Positions 41,668 through 50,694 of a DNA stretch of 64,000 bases are shown here, one piece after another (positions within the stretch are counted from its first letter, which is position 1; every line of letters starts with the position of its first letter). Location: contig JBDREQ010000001.1 of assembly GCA_043819555.1 (NCBI GenBank), positions 11,451-75,450 on the forward strand. Reading direction: 5' to 3'. The notes beneath the pieces were generated by a model. It worked only from the letters and a program-made list of their open reading frames with translations. It was not told the DNA's origin and ran no database searches. The translations under genes and the position numbers were made by a program. Origin of the DNA: Candidatus Zixiibacteriota bacterium (GTDB taxonomy: Bacteria; Zixibacteria; MSB-5A5; GN15; JAAZOE01).

Positions 41668-41738
41668 ATCCCTTAGAACCAACAAATGCAATATAAGTTC
41701 TTATCCTATTTTTGCCAAATATATTTTTATTTTTTAAT

Positions 41739-41773
41739 AAAAAAAGGGATTCTGCCCTCCAGCCGAATCCCTT
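41739..41773 (-). terminator. intrinsic terminator of VWA gene
   Basis: AAGGGATTC-loop-GAATCCCTT followed by a T-run on the minus strand. Confidence 0.85.
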
Positions 41774-41781
41774 GCTTTGTT

Positions 41782-43752
41782 CTATTTTTCCGCCAGCTCA
41801 TCTTCAAGCCTCTGAGCTGCCAAAATCATTTCTAAAAGCTCGTCAATTCCGGAAATTTCAGTATTCCTTTTTATCCTGCGAGCTATCCTGTAAACGTCTT
41901 CCAGCCGTGAGTCCTTGGCCCAGTATGACTTACGCAATATTTCAGCCAACTCGGCTGAAACCGCCGCCAATTGAAATCCCGGAGATGATGATTCAAAATG
42001 TCTGCGGATCATTTCATGATTGAGCCGCTTGCTAAACTCGGTAACTTCAAAACTAATCGGATCTTTATATCTGATATAAACTTTACCGATCGGTTCATTG
42101 TTTTTATACTTTTGGAATTTAATCTCATAAAGAGCCGTTACGGTATGTCCGGCGCCGATCTCTCCGCCATCCTCTTTATTATCCCGGAATTTATTATCCG
42201 CAACATCTCGATTCTCATATCCCAACAATCGATAACTGCGAACAACATCAGGGTTAAAATCAACTTGAATCTTTACATCGCGAGCTATTACCTGCAGATT
42301 TCCGGTCAGGTTTTCGACAAATACTCGATGCGCCTCGTTGATATCATCGACATAGGCGTAATGGCCATTGCCTTTATTACCCAGTTTCTCCATCAGGATA
42401 TCGTTGTAATTACCCATCCCAAATCCAATTGCCGAAAGAGTAATTCCAAAATCAGAATATTCTTTTATCTGCTTCAGGATTGCGTCCGGGCCACTCCGGC
42501 CTACATTGGCAACGCCGTCGCTGCACAGGATAACCCGGTTTATCTTACCTTTTTCAAAATTGCGCCGGGCCATTTGATAACCAAGAACAATACCTTCTTC
42601 GGCGTTCGTTGCCCCTTCTGACCTAAGGCTTCTGATTGTTTTATCGATTACATGCCGTTGCCGGACAGAAATCGGCTGAAGTATTTCACGACCCTGGCTT
42701 CCATAGATGACAATTCCAACTTTATCATCAAAGCGCAATTCATCAAGGAGCATGAGAAGCGCTCTTTTGACCAGACCAAGGCGATTTTCGCGATTCATCG
42801 ACCCCGATACATCAATGACAAAAACAAGATTGGCCGGTTTTCTCATTTCGTCCGGGATTTCCATTCCCTTGATTCCGATGCGGAGAAGCATGCAGTTTTG
42901 CCCGAATTCTGAGGGAGCCCCTTCGATATTGACGGCAAATGGTTTTTCATAGGGAGCCGGATAACGATAATCAAAATGATTGATGAATTCCTCAACTCGA
43001 ACTGCGTCAGCCGGGGGCAGCTCTCCTCGATTCAAATATGAACGAGCCATGATAAACGAGGCATCATCGATATCGGTCGCGAACGTTGAAAGATGATCGT
43101 CTTCAGTATCGACAAATGGATTGACGCCATAGTTCTTGAAAAACATGGCATCAAAAGGCTCATCATTGACAATCGAGGATCCGCCATGAGCGGGAGGGAT
43201 TTGTACTTCCTGGCAATACCCCTGGCGCCCGCCATTGTATAGCACCTTACTTCTTGAATCACTTTCGGTTTTTTTGTCTTTGCGAGAGACCTGAAAATCA
43301 CCGGAGGGAATAGTGATGGACTTGAGTGCGTCGCCTGTCATTACTCGAACCGTTCCCGTCTGATTAAAACCAATCCCTTTTTGTTTTTCCGTCACAGTTG
43401 TAACCTTACCAGTTTCCAGCACTCCGGGCGTCAATTTGATAATCTTCTCAGTAACCTGGCCGGCCATTACCTCGACTTCTGTCAATTCAGCGGTGGCGAA
43501 GCCGGTAGAAGAGATTATTAATGTGTAAGTACCCGGCGGAACCGAGATGATAACAAAATTGCCATCCAAATCGGTTTTGGCTCCCATTGTCGTGCCTTTG
43601 ATGAGAACCGAGACTCCGGGAATTGGATCACCGGTTGTGGCGTCGGTCACGGTGCCTTTGATCTTGCCGGCGTCTCCGGCAACGGCGAAAAACACGGTTA
43701 TGGTGAGGAGAAGGGTGAGGATCAGATGTGGTATGCATGATTTGATACGCAT
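41782..43752 (-). CDS. secreted YfbK-like VWA protein with N-terminal carboxypeptidase-regulatory-like domain
   Basis: GKIKGTVTD..TG.PIPG, STF..D.D.AS, VRVEEFIN.F.Y, MIDAS motif DVSGS, SDG.ANVG, YRLLGYENR and GEIGAGH.VTALYE. Confidence 0.88.
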   Translation of the reverse strand: MRIKSCIPHLILTLLLTITVFFAVAGDAGKIKGTVTDATTGDPIPGVSVLIKGTTMGAKTDLDGNFVIISVPPGTYTLIISSTGFATAELTEVEVMAGQVTEKIIKLTPGVLETGKVTTVTEKQKGIGFNQTGTVRVMTGDALKSITIPSGDFQVSRKDKKTESDSRSKVLYNGGRQGYCQEVQIPPAHGGSSIVNDEPFDAMFFKNYGVNPFVDTEDDHLSTFATDIDDASFIMARSYLNRGELPPADAVRVEEFINHFDYRYPAPYEKPFAVNIEGAPSEFGQNCMLLRIGIKGMEIPDEMRKPANLVFVIDVSGSMNRENRLGLVKRALLMLLDELRFDDKVGIVIYGSQGREILQPISVRQRHVIDKTIRSLRSEGATNAEEGIVLGYQMARRNFEKGKINRVILCSDGVANVGRSGPDAILKQIKEYSDFGITLSAIGFGMGNYNDILMEKLGNKGNGHYAYVDDINEAHRVFVENLTGNLQVIARDVKIQVDFNPDVVRSYRLLGYENRDVADNKFRDNKEDGGEIGAGHTVTALYEIKFQKYKNNEPIGKVYIRYKDPISFEVTEFSKRLNHEMIRRHFESSSPGFQLAAVSAELAEILRKSYWAKDSRLEDVYRIARRIKRNTEISGIDELLEMILAAQRLEDELAEK

Positions 43753-43909
43753 AATCCACCTCCATGAGCTTAAAGGTTATATCGATGTTCTGAGGGGATT
43801 ACACTTATAAGACGCTTTTCTTCCCAAAAATGTGGAAAAAATATTCTAATTTCCTCATTTCATGAATTTTCTAAGTATGTCCCGTGATCCCCCTCCCCTC
43901 CCCTTTTTG

Positions 43910-43938
43910 TTGACTTCAGTACTACAAGATTCTACTAT
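43910..43938 (+). promoter_or_regulatory. sigma70 promoter, probably leaderless transcript
   Basis: TTGACT-N17-TACTAT ends 8 nt before ATG 43947. No SD sequence. Confidence 0.65.
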
Positions 43939-43946
43939 ATAAAACT

Positions 43947-44630
43947 ATGGATTTGGCTCAGGTTAAGGATAATTTAAGGACTCTGGCCGTCGAACTCGGC
44001 GCGTCGGCATTTGGGGTTTGTGAGGTCGGAAATTTAATCAAGAAATTTCATCCTGAAATCAGAGATAAAGCCAAAAAACTGCCCTATGCAATCTCTATCG
44101 GAGTTTCATTGCGCAAGACCGTTATGGATACTCTTGTTGATCGACCCAATGATATTTACAAATCGCATTATCGCACGGCCAATGCGACTATGGATAATAT
44201 CACCTTTCAATTGGCCAAACGAATTGGTGAATTGGGGAAAAGAGCTATTCCTATTCCGGCTTCGATGATCGTCACCCGATACCCTCTTCTGGCCCATGTT
44301 AATCACCGGGAAATCGCCGGGAAAGCTGGACTCGGCTGGCGAGGAAAAAATAACCTTTTGATAAATCCCAAATATGGCGGACGAATTCGGCTGACGACAA
44401 TTCTGGCCAATCTCAAACTTGAGCCGGATGAAATTATCGCCAATGACTGCGGCGAATGCAAAGCTTGCATAAAGAAATGTCCGGCCGGTGCGATCGGCGC
44501 GTCGATTGATGATTTTTCATTGGAAAAGTGTAATGACCAGGTAATATATTTCTCAAAACAAAATAATTTTGGACAGCTAATCTGCGGCTTGTGCCTCAAC
44601 TGTTGCCCTCACGCCCAGAAGAATGAATAA
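43947..44630 (+). CDS. QueG/reductive-dehalogenase-like 2x[4Fe-4S] protein
   Basis: AGLGW.GKNNLLI.P.YG..IRL.TI, CGECKACIKKCP and CGLCLNCCP motifs. Confidence 0.75.
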   Translation: MDLAQVKDNLRTLAVELGASAFGVCEVGNLIKKFHPEIRDKAKKLPYAISIGVSLRKTVMDTLVDRPNDIYKSHYRTANATMDNITFQLAKRIGELGKRAIPIPASMIVTRYPLLAHVNHREIAGKAGLGWRGKNNLLINPKYGGRIRLTTILANLKLEPDEIIANDCGECKACIKKCPAGAIGASIDDFSLEKCNDQVIYFSKQNNFGQLICGLCLNCCPHAQKNE

Positions 44631-45166
44631 TGGCAAAAAAAACAAACATTGAACCGGTAAAACTGTTCTCAGGATTCATTTACAGCGATATCCAAACCAT
44701 GAGTCAGGTTTTGGAAATACTCGAAAATAAATTCGGGCCGGTGGAGTGTGAATCCGAGCATTTCGATTTTGCTCATACGATGTATTACAAGAAAGAAATG
44801 GGACCTAACCTAAAGCGATTGTTTATTTCATTTGAAAAACCAATCATGCCCGACACTCTCAAGGACATTAAAACCGAGACTAATTCCATAGAACGCAGAT
44901 TTGTCAATGCCGATGGCGGGCGTCTGGTAAATATTGATCCCGGCTTGATAAGCCTGGCCAATGTAATCCTGGCTTCCACAAAAGAATATTCACACCGGAT
45001 ATATTTGGGCAATGGAATTTTCGGCGAAATAACGCTTCTCTATGAAGACAAATCATATCGCCCGCTAAAATGGACTTACCCGGATTACCGCACCACCCAT
45101 GCTATTGATTTTCTGCTGCGCGTTCGGGAGTCATTGAAGGACTATATAATTGAACTCAGACAATAA
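44630..45166 (+). CDS. DUF4416 family protein
   Basis: T.YY.KEMG, R.VNIDPG, LASTK.YSHRIYL..GI and WTYPDY motifs. Confidence 0.8.
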   Translation: MAKKTNIEPVKLFSGFIYSDIQTMSQVLEILENKFGPVECESEHFDFAHTMYYKKEMGPNLKRLFISFEKPIMPDTLKDIKTETNSIERRFVNADGGRLVNIDPGLISLANVILASTKEYSHRIYLGNGIFGEITLLYEDKSYRPLKWTYPDYRTTHAIDFLLRVRESLKDYIIELRQ

Positions 45167-45228
45167 GGAATTAGTATACATCTTTTTGATATTAACATTG
45201 TATAACCTGTATGGGGTAGAGAATAATT

Positions 45229-46497
45229 ATGGATAAATTTGTAATTCGCGGTAACAAACCTCTTTCGGGAAAGATGAAAGTACAGGGCGCGAAAAACGCG
45301 GCCCTGCCGATAATAGCCGGATCACTTCTTATCAGCAGTGGCGAAACGGTATTAGAAAACATTCCCCCTCTCAGAGATATCGATACGCTGATCGCCATGT
45401 TGACTCATCTGGGAGCAAAAGTGAGCCATGACCGCAGTGAAGGGGTCATGACCATTGACGCTTCAAATCTAACCAGCAATAAGGCGCCATACGAACTCAT
45501 GCGCAAAATGCGGGCGTCTTTTTTGGTATTGGGACCGATCCTTCAGAGAATGGGCGAAGCGCAAGTATCTCTCCCCGGCGGATGCGCTTTGGGCCCGAGG
45601 CCGGTTGATTATCATATCAAAGGATTTGCCGGACTGGGCGCCGAAATTTCGGAACAAAAAGGATATGTTATCGCGCGGGCAAAGCAATTGAAAGGAAATA
45701 CCATTTATTTTGATCGGCCCAGCCACACCGGCACCGAAAATATAATGTTCGGAGCGGTCATGGCCAAAGGTACGACCCATATCATAAACGCCGCGTGCGA
45801 CCCTGAAGTAGTCGACTTATCAAAATTCCTTTCCAGCGCCGGGGCAAAAATAAAAGGCGCCGGTACCCCAAGTATGACTATTGAAGGCGTCGCAAAGTTA
45901 AAGCCCATTAAACATACCGTCATGGGCGACCGTCTTGAAGCTGGAACCTTGTTGATGGCCGCTATGGCCACCGAAGGAAATATCTTAATATCCGGGGCGG
46001 AAACTTCTCACCTCGAAATTGTGTTAAGGAAATTAGCGGAAGCCGGCGCTGATATTAAAACGACAAAAGAAGGTATAAAGCTCACCGCTCCGAAGAAAAT
46101 AAAATCTGTTGACGTGGTTACTTTCCCGTTTCCCGGATTTCCGACTGACCTGCAAGCTTGCATGACCGCGCTATTAACAAAGGGGGATGGACTCAGCCGC
46201 GTCCGTGAAACGGTTTTTCAGGATGCCTTTACATACGTAATGGAATTAAACCGTTTGGGAGCGGATATCAGCGTCACCGCGAATGAAGCCGCCATAACGG
46301 GAGTAAAAAAACTGACCGGAGCTTCGGTTATGGCTCCTCATATACGTGCCGGAGCCGGCCTGGTTATCGCCGGACTGGCCGCATTAGGACAAACTGAGGT
46401 ATTGAGAGTATACCATATTGATCGGGGTTACTATCGACTGGAAGAAAAGTTGCGGGCGCTGGGCGGCGATATAAAAAGAGTCAGCAATGGATCCTGA
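45229..46497 (+). CDS. murA: UDP-N-acetylglucosamine 1-carboxyvinyltransferase (atypical residues)
   Basis: GAKNAALP, MRAS, LPGGC.LG.RPVD, FPGFPTD and HIDRGY motifs. Confidence 0.92.
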   Translation: MDKFVIRGNKPLSGKMKVQGAKNAALPIIAGSLLISSGETVLENIPPLRDIDTLIAMLTHLGAKVSHDRSEGVMTIDASNLTSNKAPYELMRKMRASFLVLGPILQRMGEAQVSLPGGCALGPRPVDYHIKGFAGLGAEISEQKGYVIARAKQLKGNTIYFDRPSHTGTENIMFGAVMAKGTTHIINAACDPEVVDLSKFLSSAGAKIKGAGTPSMTIEGVAKLKPIKHTVMGDRLEAGTLLMAAMATEGNILISGAETSHLEIVLRKLAEAGADIKTTKEGIKLTAPKKIKSVDVVTFPFPGFPTDLQACMTALLTKGDGLSRVRETVFQDAFTYVMELNRLGADISVTANEAAITGVKKLTGASVMAPHIRAGAGLVIAGLAALGQTEVLRVYHIDRGYYRLEEKLRALGGDIKRVSNGS

Positions 46498-46510
46498 AAG
46501 GATGATAATC

Positions 46511-49500
46511 ATGAGATATATTGCGGTAATCACTGCAGCGCTGCTAATTTGCGGCTTTTCTATTGCAGGGGCGCAGGAAACATATTTTGGCAAAAATAAA
46601 GTCCAATACAGAAACTTTGATTGGAATTATATTCAAACCGATCATTTCGATATATATTTTTATGACGGTGAATATGACCTCGCCAAATTTGCCGCCGAAG
46701 AATTGGAAAAATCGTACGGAATAATAACAGAACAGCTCAAGTACTTCGTCGCCCGCCGGATACCTGTATTTATTTACAGCTCGCATAATGATTTTCAACA
46801 GACGAATATAATTGGTGAGGATATCTCCGAGGGACTTCAAGGCTTCACTGAAGTTTTCAAAAATCGCATGGTCGTACATTTCATGGGTTCTTATGCCGAA
46901 TTCAGACACCTGCTACATCATGAATTATCGCATGCGGTTGCGTACGATTTAGTATATGGTCAGTTTTTTAAATCCCTGATTAGCTCCTCCCGCCTATTTG
47001 TTATCCCCTTGTGGCTCGCTGAAGGATATGCCGAATATACTTCTAACGGAGGCTGGACGGCTGAGGCGGACATGATCGTCCGCGATGCCACTGTTCACGG
47101 ATATTTGCGTCCGCCGGGATATATGGGAGGGCTCGCCTATACCGAAGGATTTGCCTTTGTCAAGTATATCGTGGACACTTACGGGATTGAAAAAACCGGC
47201 GAAATATTCAAAAAGGGAAAAGCACTTATCTCAATTGATAAAGCCCTGAAATCATCATTGGGATTAGATTCCAAAGAGTTATTTGAAAAATTCAATAAGG
47301 AAATGAAAAAAAGATACTGGCCCGATATCGCGGCACGTGAGGAGCCGATAGATTTTGCCAAACAACTGACCCATCAGGGAGAAGACGGTTCATTCTATAA
47401 TGAAAAACCGGTGTTTTCGCCGGACGGTCGTCTGTTGGCTATATTTACCAACCGTAATGGATATTCAGAGATTTATCTGATCTCACCCATTGATGGAAAA
47501 GAAATCTCTCGGCTGGTGAAGGGAGAGCGTAATTCCGCCCTCGAATCGTTGCGGTGGTACACATCAGGTATGTCATTTTCGCCCAATAGCGAAAACTTAG
47601 TCTTCGTCGCCAAGTCCAAAGGCGAAGACGCCTTAAACTTTTTGAAAATTCGGGGCAAAGACATATTTCTATCCAAGAAATTCGGACTAAAATCAATAAT
47701 CTCCCCCGCCTGGTCACCCGATGGAAAAATGGTCGCGTTTACGGCCCTCGATAAAGCGAGTCGTAACATCTATTTGTACCATCTCGAGCAGGATCGTTTA
47801 CTGCAGTTAACGAATGAACTTTACGATGATATCGATGTCGCTTGGTACCCCGACAGCAAACGAATAATATTCAGCTCGGACAGGCCTCATCCAGAAAACG
47901 GCTTGGACATAACCGAGGATGAAATGGTTTATGGTTATTATAACCTCCATTCCTTTAACCTGGATAACGGCAGTATTACTGCGATAAATGTCGGTCCCGG
48001 AAATAACCGCGAACCGGTTATATCGCCTGACGGAAAAAAGATCGCATTTGTTTCCGGACGCAACGGCATTGAGAATTTATATATATACTATGTCGATTCC
48101 GCACGAACACAGGCGGTAACCGACGCCATTACCGAGATTTCGTCACCGACGTGGAATGATAAAGGAGATAAGCTGGCGTTTTCGACTTTCTATAAAGGCG
48201 GTTTTGACGTCTATGTGATGTCAAGAATAGAACCTAAGGGAGAAAACGGCGTGCTGACTTTGACGGATTTTGCCAATGGCAAGTTTGATAATCCCATTGA
48301 ATGGGCGCGCAAAAAACCAGAAAATGAGCATGTTGAATTAAACCATATCGGATTGGCGGTAACTGATAATTCCCCGATTGATCCGGATTATCCAATAAAA
48401 CCAGCCGGAGAACCGTCAGAGTTTGCGCAGGTTATTCAAGATGATGGGAACAAATCAAAAATCGGCGGCATTGATGACGAAAATCCGAATAACGCGGAGG
48501 AAGTAACTGATAGTACTCAGACAATGACTCCGCCGGAGGAAGAATCCTCAACCGATTCGACATATGTCCGCGATAAAACCGAAGAGACCGGGGAAGAAGA
48601 TATATATGTTTTTCATGCGCCTCCGTCGGAAGAATCCGTCTTTTCACCCTCCGGAAAAATAATGACTGAGGACGGACAGGAACTGTTTGATGAGGAACCA
48701 GTCGATAGCCTTCTGGAAGTGGAACTAAACAATAGACTGAAGGATGGAGAATATAAAATTCGACCGTATAAAACCAAATTTACTCCGGATATAATTTCGG
48801 GCGGGCTGCAATATGATACCTTTTTTGGCTTCCGCGGCCAAACAGTATTCCTGTTTTCCGATTATCTCGGCGATCATGAGATTATTATCGCGACGGATCT
48901 GGTAAATACCATCGATCAATCAAACATCCAGGCCTTCTACAATTATAAACGCCATCGGATAAATATCGGAGGCGGATTATTTCATACCAAAAACTTCTAT
49001 ATTAATGGCCGCAACGAATTATTCTCCGATAGATTCTACGGTTTTTTAGGGATAATTTCATGGCCCCAGTCGCGTTATACACGTATCGATATGAACCTGG
49101 CGACATTCTTCATCGATCGTCGTAATTATGATAATCCGCTTGATGAAAAACGTAATGTCCGCCTGTCCACGGCGACATTAAGCTGGACTCAGGATAATGT
49201 TCTTTGGGGTATCACCGGACCGGTTAAAGGCAGAAGATTCAAACTCGGCGTCGAAGGAGCTACTCCCGTATTTGGCGCCGAATCTTTAGAATACTACTCG
49301 GGGGAAATTGATTATCGTCAGTATTTCCCGCTCAGCCGTTCGTTTACGTTCGCGTTCCGGTATTCGGGAGGCCTGTCAAATGGCGCCTTCCCCAAGAATT
49401 ATTATTTGGGCGGAAACGTTAACAATATCGGGTCCATATCGGTTGACAATAGCGTTTATGATGTCGAGAATCTTTATTTCTCCAGCCTTATTACACCGCT

Positions 49501-49849
49501 GCGAGGTTATGATTATTACGATCTTGTGGGTGACCGGTATAGCGTCGTGAATATGGAATTACGCTTCCCGTTTATTGACTATTTCGTCATGCGCTACCCG
49601 TTGAGCCTTGGAATTGCCCGCATCCAAGGGGCGTTATTTCTGGATATAGGCGCCGCCTGGAATAAAGGCGATGACACTTTCAAGGCCGCCAACGGCACCA
49701 TGTTGATCGGCATAAAAAGCGGATTTGGATTTGGAGCTCGCGCCAATCTTGGATTTATTTTGCTGCGTTACGACCTTGCCTGGCGCACCGATTTTGATTC
49801 CGTCGAACCCCACACCAAACATTATTTCTCGCTGGGAGCCGATTTTTAA
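46511..49849 (+). CDS. Omp85-family outer-membrane protein with N-terminal HExxH metallopeptidase-like domain and PD40 propeller
   Basis: FGKNKVQY, HELSH...WLAEG.AEY and SPDG repeats. Barrel signature LGG...LRGY, ELRFP, and terminal F. ATG 46511 follows AAGGA. Confidence 0.85.
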   Translation: MRYIAVITAALLICGFSIAGAQETYFGKNKVQYRNFDWNYIQTDHFDIYFYDGEYDLAKFAAEELEKSYGIITEQLKYFVARRIPVFIYSSHNDFQQTNIIGEDISEGLQGFTEVFKNRMVVHFMGSYAEFRHLLHHELSHAVAYDLVYGQFFKSLISSSRLFVIPLWLAEGYAEYTSNGGWTAEADMIVRDATVHGYLRPPGYMGGLAYTEGFAFVKYIVDTYGIEKTGEIFKKGKALISIDKALKSSLGLDSKELFEKFNKEMKKRYWPDIAAREEPIDFAKQLTHQGEDGSFYNEKPVFSPDGRLLAIFTNRNGYSEIYLISPIDGKEISRLVKGERNSALESLRWYTSGMSFSPNSENLVFVAKSKGEDALNFLKIRGKDIFLSKKFGLKSIISPAWSPDGKMVAFTALDKASRNIYLYHLEQDRLLQLTNELYDDIDVAWYPDSKRIIFSSDRPHPENGLDITEDEMVYGYYNLHSFNLDNGSITAINVGPGNNREPVISPDGKKIAFVSGRNGIENLYIYYVDSARTQAVTDAITEISSPTWNDKGDKLAFSTFYKGGFDVYVMSRIEPKGENGVLTLTDFANGKFDNPIEWARKKPENEHVELNHIGLAVTDNSPIDPDYPIKPAGEPSEFAQVIQDDGNKSKIGGIDDENPNNAEEVTDSTQTMTPPEEESSTDSTYVRDKTEETGEEDIYVFHAPPSEESVFSPSGKIMTEDGQELFDEEPVDSLLEVELNNRLKDGEYKIRPYKTKFTPDIISGGLQYDTFFGFRGQTVFLFSDYLGDHEIIIATDLVNTIDQSNIQAFYNYKRHRINIGGGLFHTKNFYINGRNELFSDRFYGFLGIISWPQSRYTRIDMNLATFFIDRRNYDNPLDEKRNVRLSTATLSWTQDNVLWGITGPVKGRRFKLGVEGATPVFGAESLEYYSGEIDYRQYFPLSRSFTFAFRYSGGLSNGAFPKNYYLGGNVNNIGSISVDNSVYDVENLYFSSLITPLRGYDYYDLVGDRYSVVNMELRFPFIDYFVMRYPLSLGIARIQGALFLDIGAAWNKGDDTFKAANGTMLIGIKSGFGFGARANLGFILLRYDLAWRTDFDSVEPHTKHYFSLGADF

Positions 49850-49867
49850 TTACAAAATTAAAGCAAT

Positions 49868-49898
49868 AAAAAAAGCCCCGACCGTATCGGGGCTTTTT
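49868..49898. terminator. bidirectional terminator
   Basis: A-run, AGCCCCGA-CCGTA-TCGGGGCT, then T-run, between convergent genes. Confidence 0.88.
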
Positions 49899-49918
49899 CA
49901 TTTCATCCAATTGGAATC

Positions 49919-50383
49919 TTAGCGGCGTTTCATTGTGCGTTTGGGTGCGGCTTTTCTTTTCATTGCCGTTTTTCTTTTCGGCGCCGCTTTGCGCTTCATC
50001 GCAGTCATTTTCCTGGGAGCGGCTTTTCTTTTCATGGCTGTCTTTCTTTTAGGAGCCGCTTTTTTATTGGTCGCCGTTTTTCTCTTTGGCGCCGCCTTCT
50101 TAGTTGTGGCTGCTTTTTTCAAAGAAAGCGCTACAGCTTTGGAACGAACCGAACTCAAAGTCCTCTTCAGAGCTTTCGCGATTTGAGCATTGGGCGTCAT
50201 TTTATACAGCTTCTTTAATTCGAGAATTTCAGCAGGCGTCCAGAGTTTGGCTTTCTTGACTACTTTTCTCGCAGTTTTTTTCGGAGCTGCTTTCTTCCAG
50301 GCAGTGCGAGCAGGTTTGCGCGCAACCTTTCTCGTCGCAGTCTTTTTCCGTGGCGACGCTTTCTTGTTTGCGGGTTTTCTCAC
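49919..50383 (-). CDS. histone H1-like basic protein with central HTH (Myb/GcrA-like) core
   Basis: K/R/A/T/P-rich tails and only two acidic residues. Core WTPAEILELKKLY...AQIAKALKRTLSSVRSKA. GTG start after GGAGGG. Confidence 0.8.
   Translation of the reverse strand: MRKPANKKASPRKKTATRKVARKPARTAWKKAAPKKTARKVVKKAKLWTPAEILELKKLYKMTPNAQIAKALKRTLSSVRSKAVALSLKKAATTKKAAPKRKTATNKKAAPKRKTAMKRKAAPRKMTAMKRKAAPKRKTAMKRKAAPKRTMKRR
49934..50113 (-). repeat. five tandem 12-aa (36-nt) repeats, consensus TAMKRKAAPKRK
   Basis: AATTKKAAPKRK / TATNKKAAPKRK / TAMKRKAAPRKM / TAMKRKAAPKRK / TAMKRKAAPKRT. Confidence 0.9.
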
Positions 50384-50430
50384 TGAAAAACCCTCCTTTC
50401 AAATTCTCGCATCATTTTCTGAATTGCGAG

Positions 50431-50451
50431 TGTGGTTAATGGTGTGTGAAC
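50431..50451 (+). repeat. 21-nt exact repeat, copy 1 (5' UTR of H1-like gene, antisense orientation)
   Basis: TGTGGTTAATGGTGTGTGAAC, identical to 59227-59247. Confidence 0.97.
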
Positions 50452-50465
50452 ACATTACTTTATCA

Positions 50466-50493
50466 AAAGTAGTTCTTTTTATTTTTAAGTCAA
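50466..50493 (-). promoter_or_regulatory. candidate promoter of H1-like gene
   Basis: TTGACT-N16-TACTTT on the minus strand. Confidence 0.55.
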
Positions 50494-50694
50494 TACTAAA
50501 AACATTATCACATGATTTTTTATTCAGATACTGCATCTTGCGTACAATTTGTGAGCATTGACTCAAACATCATGTTAAACGACCAAGATCATTGGTTGTT
50601 TGCATCAATCTCTTACGCGGAATAAAATAATCTTCTGCTTCGACCGCGAATATATATTGTTCAAAACATTGACGCATCAGGGATGCATGACTAT

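Noticed and set aside
49935..50561. Hydrophobic plus-strand ORFs (49935-50186, 50190-50561) resembling membrane proteins or toxins
   Set aside because: The F/L/A richness is the mirror image of the Lys/Ala codons of the H1-like gene, and no RBS was seen.
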